A DNA stretch of 63,980 bases, counting the filler, from Bonamia ostreae (lineage: Eukaryota), in the NCBI GenBank assembly GCA_040357525.1. It is 5 parts of 5 records of this genome, joined end to end, with 100 filler letters (N's around TTAATTAATTAA, not from the genome) between each part and the next. Parts side by side here need not be neighbours in the genome. Positions count along the whole stretch, not along the records: positions 1 to 14,214 come from JBDODL010000008.1; 4 more parts are not named here. One strand, 5' to 3'. Of the stretch, positions 1-11,835 are shown piece by piece. The notes below the pieces were generated by a model. That model was given only the letters and a program-made list of their open reading frames with translations, searched no databases and had not been told where the DNA came from. The first letter of the stretch is position 1; each line of letters starts with the position of its first letter. The position numbers and the translations under genes are program-made.

Positions 1-235
1 AAAAATGGTTAAAATGCTAAGACGACATAATTTTCTGTTAAAACAATATGCTCTTAAAAATATTATCCTGAAACTGGATTTAATAACAAGAATTTTTTAT
101 GATATACTTTTAAACACATTTTATAAAGATATTAAACTTTAATACTTTTAAAGGAATTGCATAAAATAGGTACTAACCCAAAAGCTTAAGTTTATTTATA
201 TAAAACAACAGAAAAACAAATATAATAAAACGTTA

Positions 236-3200
236 ATGGCGAGTAATCATATTAAAATCACAAAACCAGTCAGCGACTACAAAGACTACATTCTAGTTAG
301 AAAAGACAAAATTCCCGTTTTCCTTTTAAAAATCAGATCGTTCTCGTGCATGACCCTAAAGCGCAACTTAACGCAATGGCTATTTCAATAGGAGTTGGCT
401 CCATTTCTTGCAAAAAAATTAACGGGCTCGCTCACTTTATCGAACACGTTTTACGATTTTTATTTAAAAGTTGATATTTCAGGGCGGAAAGAAAAATCAG
501 AGTTTTCAGAAAACGACCTCGGAATTGGGCGGTCTAACAAATGCATTCACCGCCGGCTTACAAACAGTGTTCATGGCAAGCTTCAGAAGCGAAGAAACAG
601 AGAGAGCTATAAGAGAGTTTACAGAAATGTTGTTGGATCCAAAATTTGAAAGTTGTTCAAATTTTAATAGTCAAAATTTGCAGAAACGAAATATAAATTT
701 AAAAGTCGAAGAATCGGAGAAAGAAATAAAAGCGGTGAATAACGAATCGGTAATGGATAAAGACAAAGACGGATGGAGAACAATGCTCGTACTCAAAGAT
801 ATAATTAGAAACAAAACAGATCATCCGTACTCAATCTTCGGTTGTGGCAACTCTGAAACTCTCAAGTTTGCACATTTCCCAATTTCACTAACAATTTACA
901 TTTCTTATCGTAAATTTTCAAATTCAAAAGAGATGTAAAAAGAGAGGATATTGTCGATTTTTGGGAAAAACATTACGCCAAACATCCGATAAGAATAAGT
1001 TTGTATAAAGATTCTTCTATTAAAAACAATAAATTTTAATGACAAAAAACTTTAAAATAACAAATTTTAATATCAAAAAACTAAAAATTTTAATAACAAA
1101 AAACTTAAAAACTAATAATTTTAATAACAAAAAACAAATTTTAATAACGATAAATTGTCCAACAAAACTGTTAATTACAAAAAAAGCACTTTACACAAAA
1201 CAACCGTTCGATGAGGTCATACCTTTTCTGAAACCATTCCTACATCTCCAAACAGAAGACGAACGCATCGAAATCAGCGAAAACCCTTTCGAAGTTCTCC
1301 AAGGATTGCGCATCAACGTCTCTTCCCTCTGCGAAACAAACACTCTCTGCTTCAATTTCCCCATGAAGCCGGTCTACTTCAAACCCACCGCCGGCGACAT
1401 GTACCCTCTCCAACTGCTCATCCAAAACCCCGCGGACCTCGAGGCAGCGCTCGTCGACAAACAGCTGGCCTCTCAAGTCGTGGCCGGTCTCGACGAAAAC
1501 ACCCCGTTCGGCTGCGTCTTCTCGATCGAAGTGCAGTTGACCGAAAGAATGACAACAGAAGAGGGCGTTGCGTCGGTGACAGCGCTACTTTTCAGTTTCC
1601 TCGAGAATCTGAAAAATATGTACAGCGGCGACGAAGGTAAAGAGCGAACAGAGAGGCATTTGGAGTACGCCGCTTATCTGAAGCAATTCCATTTTGACCA
1701 GAGAGACTCTCATAGTGCATTCGACGAAGTAACCGAGATCGTTTTGAACACGGACCGAAATCTCCCAGACCTGAGAAATGTGTTGCAGAACAGCAGCAAA
1801 ATCGTTATAGAAGACGCTCGCGAGAGTTTTTTGGAAGGATTGGCCGCGCTGAATCCGCAGAACGTGTTCATGGTCTTCTCCCGCAAAAATCATCCTGAGG
1901 ATAAGGTTCCCAACGAAGAGAAATGGTTTGGGGCAAGATATGGAGTGGTAAAGATGAATATTCCAACTACTGAGAAATTTAATGTCGGGGCGACTGAATT
2001 GATTCATAAATACGTAGAGCCTACACTTTTCGAGGCACCGGATTACGAAAAACGAGAAAAGGGAGTCTCTGTGTTCATCAAGTTTTTAAAAACGATTTTA
2101 AATTTGCAAAAATTGGTTAAAAAATTTGCAAAAATCGATTAAAAATTTGCAAAAATCGTTTAAAGGAACCGAACGTCATTCAAAAAACTGCTAATTTACA
2201 TGAGAACAAATTTAGTTCTCAATAAAATTTCTTTTCCAGACGGAATGGATTTAAAAGACCTCTTCGTTTTCCACATCGTTGCAGATCTGTTAAACAAATC
2301 GATCTTGCGCGAAATGTCTCATTATTCTCGCATCGGAAGCGGCTTTTCTATCGGAGTTTCAATTGAAGGCTTTAGTCTAACAATGTCCACTTATCCAGAG
2401 CACTTTAGTGAAATGCTAGACAGTGCAGTTAATTATTTAAATCAATTTATACAAATGGATTTTGATGCTGATTTGCAAAAATACATTCGACATTGGTTTG
2501 AACACGCGAAGAAAGATTTGGTTTCTGGCATTGCCAACGAAAAGATCGTCCAGCCATATCAACAATGGTTTCCTATATTTTCATGGTCAAAAATTAATAA
2601 AATTACAAATAAAATTTAGTCAATATTTGTTGGATCAATTGATGCTCGACAATGAAAAGACAATCGAACAAAAATTACAAATCGCTGAAAATTTGAGCTT
2701 AAATGATCTGGAACGAATAAATAAAATCTTCGGTAATAAGGAAAATTCAAAATTTGGAGTCAGAATGCGTTTTGCGATTAAAAATATTATTAAAAATGGA
2801 AATTAGAATTTAAATTTGAAATATTTTAGTTTTACTCGGGAACACTTTTCCGGATTTGCAACATTATGTGGAAAAAGCCTTTCAAGAATATTTTGAAAAC
2901 TCGATTCCTGACGAACAATTATATGAAAGAAAAATAAACTCTTACGAGTCCGACGTTTATTTGCGACAAAAAGCGACTGCGCCTGGCACTAAAAATTCGG
3001 GAGTGATCGTAGCGCGCAGTCTTGGAAGTGCTGATGATGTTTTTAACAAAATTTTCATTTTCGGACTAATTTTGATTTTTTGTGATTAATTTGTAAAAAC
3101 AGTTTTTGCATTTTCGAACTAAAATTTTGATTTTTTGTTATTAATTTGTAAAAACAGTTTTATTTTTTGTAATTAATTTTCAAATACTGTAAAAGTTGCG

Positions 3201-3951
3201 CGAAATTTTGGTTGAACTACTAAAAGACAGAGAATCCGACCCTTTCTTCGCAGATTTGCGAACAAAACAATCATTGGGCTACATCGCTTCAATAACTTCT
3301 TTCAAACGGGGAAGTTTTAATTTGTCAAAGTAAAATTTCATTTTAAAGCTCAATTGTACTTGGGAGCAGTAATCCAATCCTCGGATAAAGGTCCTGATCT
3401 AGTGAAAAAGGCAATCGAAGATTTCTTCTCTAAATTCGAATCGGATTTGTTCAAAGGACCTATATTTATGGAAAGAATAACCAGTTTTAAATTCAGCTCT
3501 GTTTATTATTTCATAAACAATATTCAAAAAAGACCTCGAAAAGAAGCTGAAAGAACCGGACAAAAGTCTTTTGGAGTGTTTAGAGCGATATTGGAATGAA
3601 ATAGATTCTATGCGACTCGATTTTGAGCACAAAGAAAATCAATTGAGACTACTCCAATCAATCAAAAAAGACGAGAAGTTGGTCACCAAAAATTTACTCG
3701 AGTTTATGAAGACGAAAAATACGATATATGCGATGGTTTCAGGAGCCGATCACGTTGATGAAGTCAGAGTTCACGATGGTAGTACAAAACTGGACGATCA
3801 AGAATTAGCTATTAGAAAAGAGGCGGTCGTTTCGTTCAAGAACAAAGGCGGATCACCTCCAAGTGCAGCCAAATCGGTAATGAAAATTCAAACGATTTCT
3901 TCTTATGAGTTTTATAACAAGGGCATTAACAAATCAATCGAAGTACATTGA
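236..3951 (+). CDS. M16A metallopeptidase (insulinase/pitrilysin family), multi-exon
   Basis: Splicing 317-336 and 448-470 gives MASNHIKITKPVSDYKDY...IVLVHDPK...GVGS...NGLAHFIEHLIFQG (inverted HXXEH zinc motif), then GGLTNAFT, HPYSIFGCGNSETL, EKWFGARY and FADLRTKQSLGYIA. Internal exon boundaries only partly resolved. Confidence 0.9.
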
Positions 3952-3989
3952 GATTCTGTCTATATTAAATTAATTGATCTTTTTCAACT

Positions 3990-4186
3990 AAATCGCTCAT
4001 TCAATATTTTACAAAAAGTTATTATTATTTAATATTCTTATTAAATCGCTCATTCAATATTTCTCAAAAAGTCATTATTATTTAATATTCTTATTAAATC
4101 GCTCATTCAATATTTCTCAAAAAGTCATTATTATTTAATATTCTTATTTAATCGCTCATTCAATATTTTACAAAAAGTCATTATTA
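3990..4186. repeat. Tandem repeat, 53-bp unit, about 3.7 copies
   Basis: aatcgctcattcaatattt... recurs at 3991, 4044, 4097 and 4150, between convergent gene 3' ends. Confidence 0.95.
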
Positions 4187-4224
4187 AATAGTTTTTGATA
4201 GTTTTTCAAAGATTCATAATACAT

Positions 4225-4744
4225 TTAATCAGGAATGAGTCCCAAAATTATCGTAACAATCCATAGAAAGCACGAAACGTAAAAGTTTAGGCTCCTTGAT
4301 TTTTCGTATTCATCAATAATTGTCCGATAACATCCGAATTCGTATATAATAGGAATTATTATTGTAGCCAATGTCTGAATAAGATAAACAACACGGAAAA
4401 TTTTGTTAAATGCTTTCTTAAAGCAAAACAGAATTATTTTGACCACAATTACAGCTAAAACAACAGCGATCATTATTCCCAAGAACATTAACAATACTCT
4501 GTGCGTGTTTTTAAACTAAATAAATTTTAAAAACCTTTGTACAATGATTTCCGCAAAATCGTATCGGGTCTCTATATTTGTTTAATCCCCACAAATCGAT
4601 TCTTTCGTTTGAAGAGGTATATCCCCTTATACCAAGTTTGTATGTATACACATTTTTTGCTTTTGACCAGTTTTGATTGAAAATCAGAAGAAACAAAACA
4701 CCTATCAAAAAGATGTGCAGTGCCAAACTGATAATTTTGCACAT
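4225..4744 (-). CDS. Small 4-TM membrane protein (claudin/tetraspan-like topology)
   Basis: ORFs 4511-4744 and 4225-4494 join through a 19-nt intron (gtttttaaaatttatttag). The product has four hydrophobic segments and a first loop with W, WGL and a Cys pair. Confidence 0.6.
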
Positions 4745-5764
4745 TATAAATTATGCAAGGAAAATTGAATTGGAGTTAATGGAGCATTTTTATCCATTAT
4801 CCTATAAAATAAATGTTAAATAGCCGTCAAAGAGGCTTCTTTAGTGAAAATAATTTATTAAAAGAATAACGATGGATAATTTAATATTCTTTTGATGCCT
4901 GGAATTAATTTAATGTTTTAAGGCAATATTATAAAATGAAACAACAATGTATTATTCAGTTTTCTTTAAATTGACCATGTTAGAAACTCTATTTACACAT
5001 TTTCAAATTAAATGAAGAAATGAAATTTTATGTAATAAAAAAAAATTATATTTTTAATTTTTTAAAGACCAATCATAAAAAGTCATTTGTTTTTTAGTAG
5101 TCCATTTTATTACAAATTTAAATTAAGATCTTTGTATCAACGATTGATTTTTGTTAACCACAGGCGCTAAGCTCGTACTTCTCACCTTCGATCCCAAAAG
5201 GTTCGTTGTTGTAGCAAAGAACACCAAAATTTGGCTTGTTAGGAATTTCGTATTACAGTAAAAACAATTCTTTTGTATTGCAGATTTTATAAAACAAAAA
5301 TAAACAAGATTGCTACATTAGTTGCATTGGTCATTGTATAGGTATTTCAGTTATACAGTTATTAAGATGTTTATTTTTTGCAATATCTTAGGTATTTTTG
5401 GTTATCTTGCACGATATTTACTTCAAAAATAGCATAAGTATTCCTCAACAGTTTCAACTTGTATCTTTTCTTAACTTTAGAAGCAAGAATAGGTTAAAGA
5501 ATTTGCGAAAAAATGTTCATTTGTTTATCTTTTATGAATAAAATTCAAAACCGTCAAATCTTCGAAGACGTATAAAAGTAAAGCGAAAAGATGAAAAAGT
5601 GGAAAGATTAATTATTAATGAATTAAAAAATGATTGAAAATATTATTTAATCAAATTTAAAACCATTTTCGCAAAAAAAAAGAAAATGTCATATTAATTA
5701 GAGCACAAAAATTTCCCTCAATAAATTTGTTAGAATCGCTTTGAAAGATAAAGGATAAACTTAT

Positions 5765-7037
5765 TTACAATTTCCAAATAAGAAATAAAGCGAGCGCACC
5801 CATCTCGGCAACATCCAGGAAGCTCCAACTCGACTTAGTATTTATATTCTTCCAACCCGAAACCAATTTTTCTAATCTTCGTATTGCACTTTCAACTTTT
5901 TTCACGTGTGCCCTATCTTCACCCAATCTACTCCACTTCATTTTGGCCAAAAGCTTGTTACAACAAACAACAGCGATTTCCTGGAAGTCATCGTAGCTCA
6001 AAAGTTTTGTAAACACTTTGGCTGTGTAACCTCTACGCAATTTGACGCTCTTTTCGAACACTTCAGAATTGCTGTACATCAGTTCGAGAGTACTCAAGGC
6101 CATTATCTGCGGAATCGCGCAGAACCTAAACACTTTTCTATCTGAAAGCTTCGAAAGGTATTCACTGCAATCTGGAAAATGCGCGATCGCATCACACACC
6201 ATCTCGTTCAAACATTTCAAGCTTTCTGTCGAACCCGGTTTTTTGGCGAACTCTTCGAGTCGATCGAAGTGGCCGCCCCAGATTTCCTTTGGCCACCAGT
6301 TGCGGCCCTCCTCCAAATCTTCTTTGAAGTCTCTAATTATGTTCGTCTTTTGGAGAAAAAGTCCCATCGAATTCGACGTACTCTTGTAATCGCCGATTTG
6401 GAACCGGTTCTCAGAACCCGACAAGATGAAGAGCTTCGTCAGCCCTTCCCCCAAAATGCCAGCCACATAGTGAGTGTACTCGTTGTATTGAGCGATCGAC
6501 TCGACGTGGACCACATTCGAAAACTTGATCATCCCGGAGCCCATTTCTTCTGCGGTTTGTTTTATGACCATTCTGTAAGCGCGCGGCAGTTTATGGAACA
6601 CTCTCAGAACTTTGTCGAGATTCTCGCACAAGAAGCGTTCGTCTTCACTTCCGAATCCGTTGATAACAAACTCGCTGTCTTCGATCAGTCTGTGGAAATC
6701 TCCGAGCAGACGGAGTCTGCGTTTTTCGTCTCCGCAATCAGAGTCGTCCTCTAGTTGTTAGAAAATTATCTTTCATCTGCGAACCTACGGTGTCTAGTGC
6801 GCGCAGCAACAAATAGTACACGCCCACAGCGATGCGCAATTCCGGGCCCAGTGCGCCGATGACGATCGCAAAGCTGCGACTGGTTCTAGCAAGCGCGGCA
6901 AAGCAAAACTCCTCGTCGCTCATGTCCGCGGAGTCTGCCAGCGGCGCGCGTCGATGCCGGGAATGGTTCCAACGCAGACAGAGAAGAGCGATGAACTCGT
7001 CAAGGCGCAACTGTTTAGCGATCGATTCGATTATCAT
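5765..7037 (-). CDS. ERG9: Squalene synthase (farnesyl-diphosphate farnesyltransferase)
   Basis: RTSRSFAIVI; LRALDTVEDD after removing the 34-nt intron 6751-6784; YTHYVAGILG; MGLFLQKTNIIRDFKED..GRNWWP; FCAIPQIMA; C-terminal hydrophobic anchor. Confidence 0.95.
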
Positions 7038-7378
7038 CTAAAACCAATGGCGAGCTGCAAATATCTGAAATTTATGACTTTGTGCTAACGCGGCAATAAC
7101 AAAATTTCAACCTTCAAATTTTACTCTCGAGAAGTAAATTTTATTTATCAAATTTTTTACAATGACGAATTTCTCAGACGGATTTGATTTTTTTGGGACA
7201 TTTGATGAGTTTTTCAACATTAAATAAAAATCTAAACGCTTTACAACTTAAGAACTTACAAATCAAAAGTCTTAAAATAGTATCAAAATAGTATTTTTGA
7301 TAATCGTAAGAGGAGAAACAATGTGAAACTTAATAGTGTTAAAATAAAAAAATCTACACTTTATAAACAAACGATGGT

Positions 7379-8749
7379 TCAACTAATAAAAATTTGCTCA
7401 CGTTTCTTGTTGATATAAGTTAAAAATTTTAATGTGATCACACAAAAATGATAATTATCGTTTAATTTGAAGGGGACCCAGTGGATTTTCTCTGGATCAC
7501 AAAGAGAAACACTCGACAGACTCTTTTTGTGTATCTTTGAGCTGTCAATGCAAATCGTAAAGGGGCCATTAGGATTCGCGACTATCGCGTTGAATTTTTT
7601 CAGCGCATCGAGGATGTCTTGTTGCTTGATAAAGCTGAGCTTGCTTATTCGTTTGATCGTTATTGTTTCCGTGCTCGGCAAAGATTCGATCACTTCCGTC
7701 ACGCGGCGATACCAGTATTTAGTGTAAGTGGCCTCGCCGAGATCAGACAGCGGCCGCTCGGGAGTGCCGATCTTGTTTTCGATTTTGGAAAGTTCATAAG
7801 CTGGAATTAAAGCATAAAACAAAGCGAAATCAAAAAATTTCCGAATCCTCTTTTTTGATAACAAGGCAGCGTCATTATACAGGCCAGATTGTAGTCTAAA
7901 TCAGAGCGTTTCTCCTTCGAAAAGTAGCCCACGAAACGGCACCCGATGTCGGTTACTTCACAGAGAACGTAAAACAAAAACGGGACTTCCAATGTCGTGT
8001 TAGAAACTTGTGTCGTATTGCAACGTTTTGTGGTCTAGAAACAGCTTCGACAGATAGCAGATGTTCTTTGGCTCGATATAAATTACCTGTGAGTACTCTA
8101 TTTCCACGGCTCCGTCGACTTCGAACACGTTTATTGTGGTTTTCTCTTCTTCGGATCTGTAAATCTCATTGCCGGGAGGATGGCAGACGCGGCAGCGTTT
8201 CTTTAGTAAATTGAGTAAAACGCAATGTTCCGTCAGTTCTTTCGAACAGCAAAAGAAGCGCAGGCAGAAATCGCAAAAATAGACTATTTTCTCGCCGTTC
8301 ACTTCCCCGACAAACTGTGGCGAGATTGGACTGAAGTACCTAAAATCTGATATTCAAACCAAGCTTCCATCACATCCTCGCCGAAGATCACTTTGTCGAT
8401 GTTTTTGATTCGAGCGTGTTTGTGTCTGTGGCTTTGGACGAGACAGCTTTCCGAGGCATTCCGGGCGACCTCGGATTTCTTTGGCTGTTTTGGCTGTTTT
8501 TGAGCCGACTGTCTGGACTGCGCGAGCTGCGGAATGTTCTCCAGGCGCTCTGAAGTCACCCATTCGTCCATGCGTTTGTCGGTGTTTTCGTAGTGGACGT
8601 AATACATTGTGTTGCTCTTCCTAGACGTCTTTTTGTCGATGACATAGCACCGCTCTTGAGATTTTTTAAAAACAACTTCTGATTCCTTTTCTGTTAAGAC
8701 AATACACAAGCTTTCTCGATTCTTTTTTCTCTGGCGTCTCTACAGACAT
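7379..8749 (-). CDS. ESA1: MYST-family histone acetyltransferase (Esa1/Tip60-like) with chromo-barrel domain
   Basis: YYVHYENTDKRMDEWV, spliced EAWYFSP, C2HC FCDFC, HPPGNEIY, LSKLFLDHKTL, VGYFSKEK, NLACIMTLPCYQKRGFG, GTPERPLSDLG; several 20-22-nt introns. Confidence 0.93.
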
Positions 8750-8989
8750 TCTAAAGTTTAAAGATTTCGATATAATTCAAAAAACAGATCATTTCAATAA
8801 AGATTGAAAAAATATTTTTTAATTTAAATTCTCCGCTCCTTCCTCGTCGTATCCTCTTGCTCGTGGAGTCTTCTCTTGGAAGATTTCTCGAAAAAATAAC
8901 ATTTTGTCGTTCAATATTTTATATTTATTTCTCACAAAAATAATAAAGGATTCGAAAATTTATCAATTTTACCTTTTATACCAAGTTTT

Positions 8990-10230
8990 ATAAGTTTATT
9001 AAACAAGATTTTTCGATTTAATTAATTTATAATCTCATAAGCTTTTTTGATCATATATATCAACATTATTAATTGTTATACATCCTTTAATAATAATTAC
9101 TATCCTGCTCCCCTTCGATCTGTTGGAGGTCTTTTTTATCCCATTATAAGCGTTAATATTAATTGTTGGCGTATTTTTATTTATCCATGTTTCTTGAATA
9201 GTTATTATGTCAATCGATTTGTCAATTATAAATTGTTTTAATTCATCCAATTTATTAAATAGATTTCTGATACTCATAATTTTTGTATTTATTTTATTTT
9301 TTACAGATTTTCCTTTCAATTTAATGAAATAGTTTTTTCTCTCTAACTCTTTGTTTTAAATAATTTCAAGTTATTTTATTTACTAAAATTTTATGATTTT
9401 TCTTAATAAAATTTTTAAAAAATAGATGAAAAGATTTATGGGATTTGATATTTTCAGTGCTTCGATACTTTCATTTAAAATATTTTTTTGATAATTTTTC
9501 AAAAAATTTTTTGGTTTTGATTTTTCAGATTTGATTTTTTCGATTCTTGTATTTACAATTAACACATTATGTTCGATCTTTTATATTCTTTGAACAAACG
9601 TTACAATATTTAGAATTACTGCGGCATAATATTGTTGTGTGTTTATCTTAAAATTATCTTTAAGTTTATTTTTTTCATAATTTTTATCTCCAATCCAATC
9701 AAATGTAACGTAATTTTCAAAGTAAAAAATAAAGTATTTTCTAAAAATCTATCGGTATAGAAGTATGAACTCCTTTAAGGTCGCCAGAAAAAGTTTATTC
9801 AGACTTTTCGACAATCGTACAATTTTTAATATTTTTTTATTTTTGGCTGTGTTAATGGCAGCTTTAACATCGTTTTTGTCTTTAAAAGATATTTTAATGT
9901 CTCCAAAAATTGTTATTTTCACGTCTGTAACATTTTGCAATACTTTTTTTTTGAAATATTTATATATTTATATATTAAATTAGGCCTATCGGATTTTTTT
10001 GATTGACCAGTTTGTCTAACTGATATGTCTGTTTTATTTTCCCAAATCAGAGTCATCTTCATCGTATTTGAGGGGTTGAGTTTGTGTCAAATTTATATTT
10101 TCAGTCATAGCTTTTTTAAAAAATATAATCAAATAATGATCGAAAAATTTGTTTATAATCTTTGAAAATAGTTTTGCTTTTTATTGCACCACAAATCTAT
10201 ACAAAGAGAGCTGGCGTCACAGAATCTGAA
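8990..10230 (-). mobile_element. Degenerate non-LTR retrotransposon 5' part (ORF1 remnant and APE endonuclease)
   Basis: 9035-9319 encodes IMSIRNLFNKLDELKQFIIDKSIDIITIQETWIN, the N-terminus of an L1-like APE endonuclease. Broken Lys/Asn-rich ORF1-like pieces lie upstream. Boundaries approximate. Confidence 0.75.
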
Positions 10231-10420
10231 GATTTCATAAAGATTAATTTTTTAATCAACATAATATGCGTAATATCAACATTTTTGATGTCTAATTTAA
10301 CCGATTTTCGTTTAAATTGTATAAAACTTTAATTTAAAGATGCCGATTTTTGTTTAATTAGCAAAATATTCTAAATGCCAATCGCATAATTTTGAATGAA
10401 AAATAAAGAATGAAAGTGAT

Positions 10421-11653
10421 TTATTTATCGCTGCAAATTTCAAACCGAGCCATTATGGAGATGTGATCTGATCCGAGCGCGTCATTTGGCAAAGCAGTTT
10501 GAACGGAGACTTCTTCTAACGACGGAATCGAAAGAATTTCGCAACAAAACATGTTTTGGTCTTTCGGAATCAGAATGTAATCCAAAGTTCCTTTGAATCC
10601 TTTCACATAGTTTGTAAAGTTTGGTTCGCTCAAGTGTGAAAAATCTTCGTCTTCAAGTGCTTTGAACTTATTTTTCACACAAATCTGTTTGTAGCATCCA
10701 TACACACTCTTCAAATGAGCAAACTCGTATATTTTCGCAACTATTTCAATGGCTTCTTTTATTCTGTTTTCGTCGATCCCAGAAAGAACTTTTCTTCTTT
10801 CTGTTTCCATTCGCTGATACTTTCTTTTGGTATCTTCGTCCAGCACATCGGTTATCACAACACTCGGTTTGTCGTAATGGATCAAAGGCGTTAAAAACTT
10901 GAATGTGTAAATACAACCTCTGTCATGTCCAGTTCGTCTATCGGAGACCTCTCTACCAAAATATTATAAAGAATGTTCTCGGGCGTGACATTTAGATCTC
11001 CGGCGAAAAACAATGAGATGTTTTTTAGAGCTGGCCATGCTCTAACCGTGTCCAAAATTTTCTTATTTTGTAATTTTTGAAGAAACTTCTATTTGTCGAA
11101 GTCGAACGAACTGATAATAAGGATTCCAATATAGGTGCGTGTTAACGAAAGCAAACTTCTTGTCAAGACTTTTAGACTTCAAGACGACGATCTGCGCAAC
11201 TTGATGAGATCCGAACTCTCTTTGCTGATCTTCGTTTTCGTAGTCGTTTTTCATTCTGTTAAAGAAAATTTCTTTCTTTTCCACGACGCTAAATCTTTTA
11301 AATGTGTTAAACAACAGTTCTTTCTTCCAAAAAATAGCTATTCCGTGAGAATCCTCTTCGTGTGGTCTAGCGGGGACGTATCTTGAATTGTATGAATGTC
11401 CGAGTTCTTTATTCCAGAAGCTCTCGTATTTATATACTTCTTGCATGCAAATGATGTCTGGAGACAAGCTTTGTATTTCGTCCACCAAGAGTTTGTGTCT
11501 GAAACGGCTTTTCAGAGATTTCTTGCTGCAATAGGGATAAATCAGATCTCTCTTGATTTTTGACTGCGCAAGGACGTTGTAGCTCATCAAAGTGAAGTTT
11601 GCATCCTTACAACTTTTGTTTGTCAAAAGCCACTCTCGTTTTGGCCTTTTCAT
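10421..11653 (-). CDS. CCR4/Angel/nocturnin-family EEP nuclease
   Basis: MSYNVLAQ, DIICMQEV, FVNTHLYWNP, AGDLNVTP, GTLDYI, GSDHISIMARF; short introns. Confidence 0.92.
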
Positions 11654-11835
11654 TTCAGATATATCCTTTTAGATATCCTAAAATTTGTCTAACACTTAGC
11701 AATAATCTTTACAGTTTGATAATGTAGATATTAATATAACAAATAACAATAAAACGTTCATTTTTAGACAAAAGGATTAATTTCTAAACAAACAGAAATT
11801 TTATAAAACTGATAAATAACACAATACGCAAAATA

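Noticed and set aside
471-3951. Apparent frameshifted pseudogenes or programmed frameshifts in most genes
   Set aside because: Frame changes are resolved by GT-AG mini-introns that restore conserved motifs.
3990-4186. CRISPR-like periodicity in tandem repeats (also 38735-39000, 49142-49350)
   Set aside because: Head-to-tail units without unique spacers, no cas genes, eukaryotic context.
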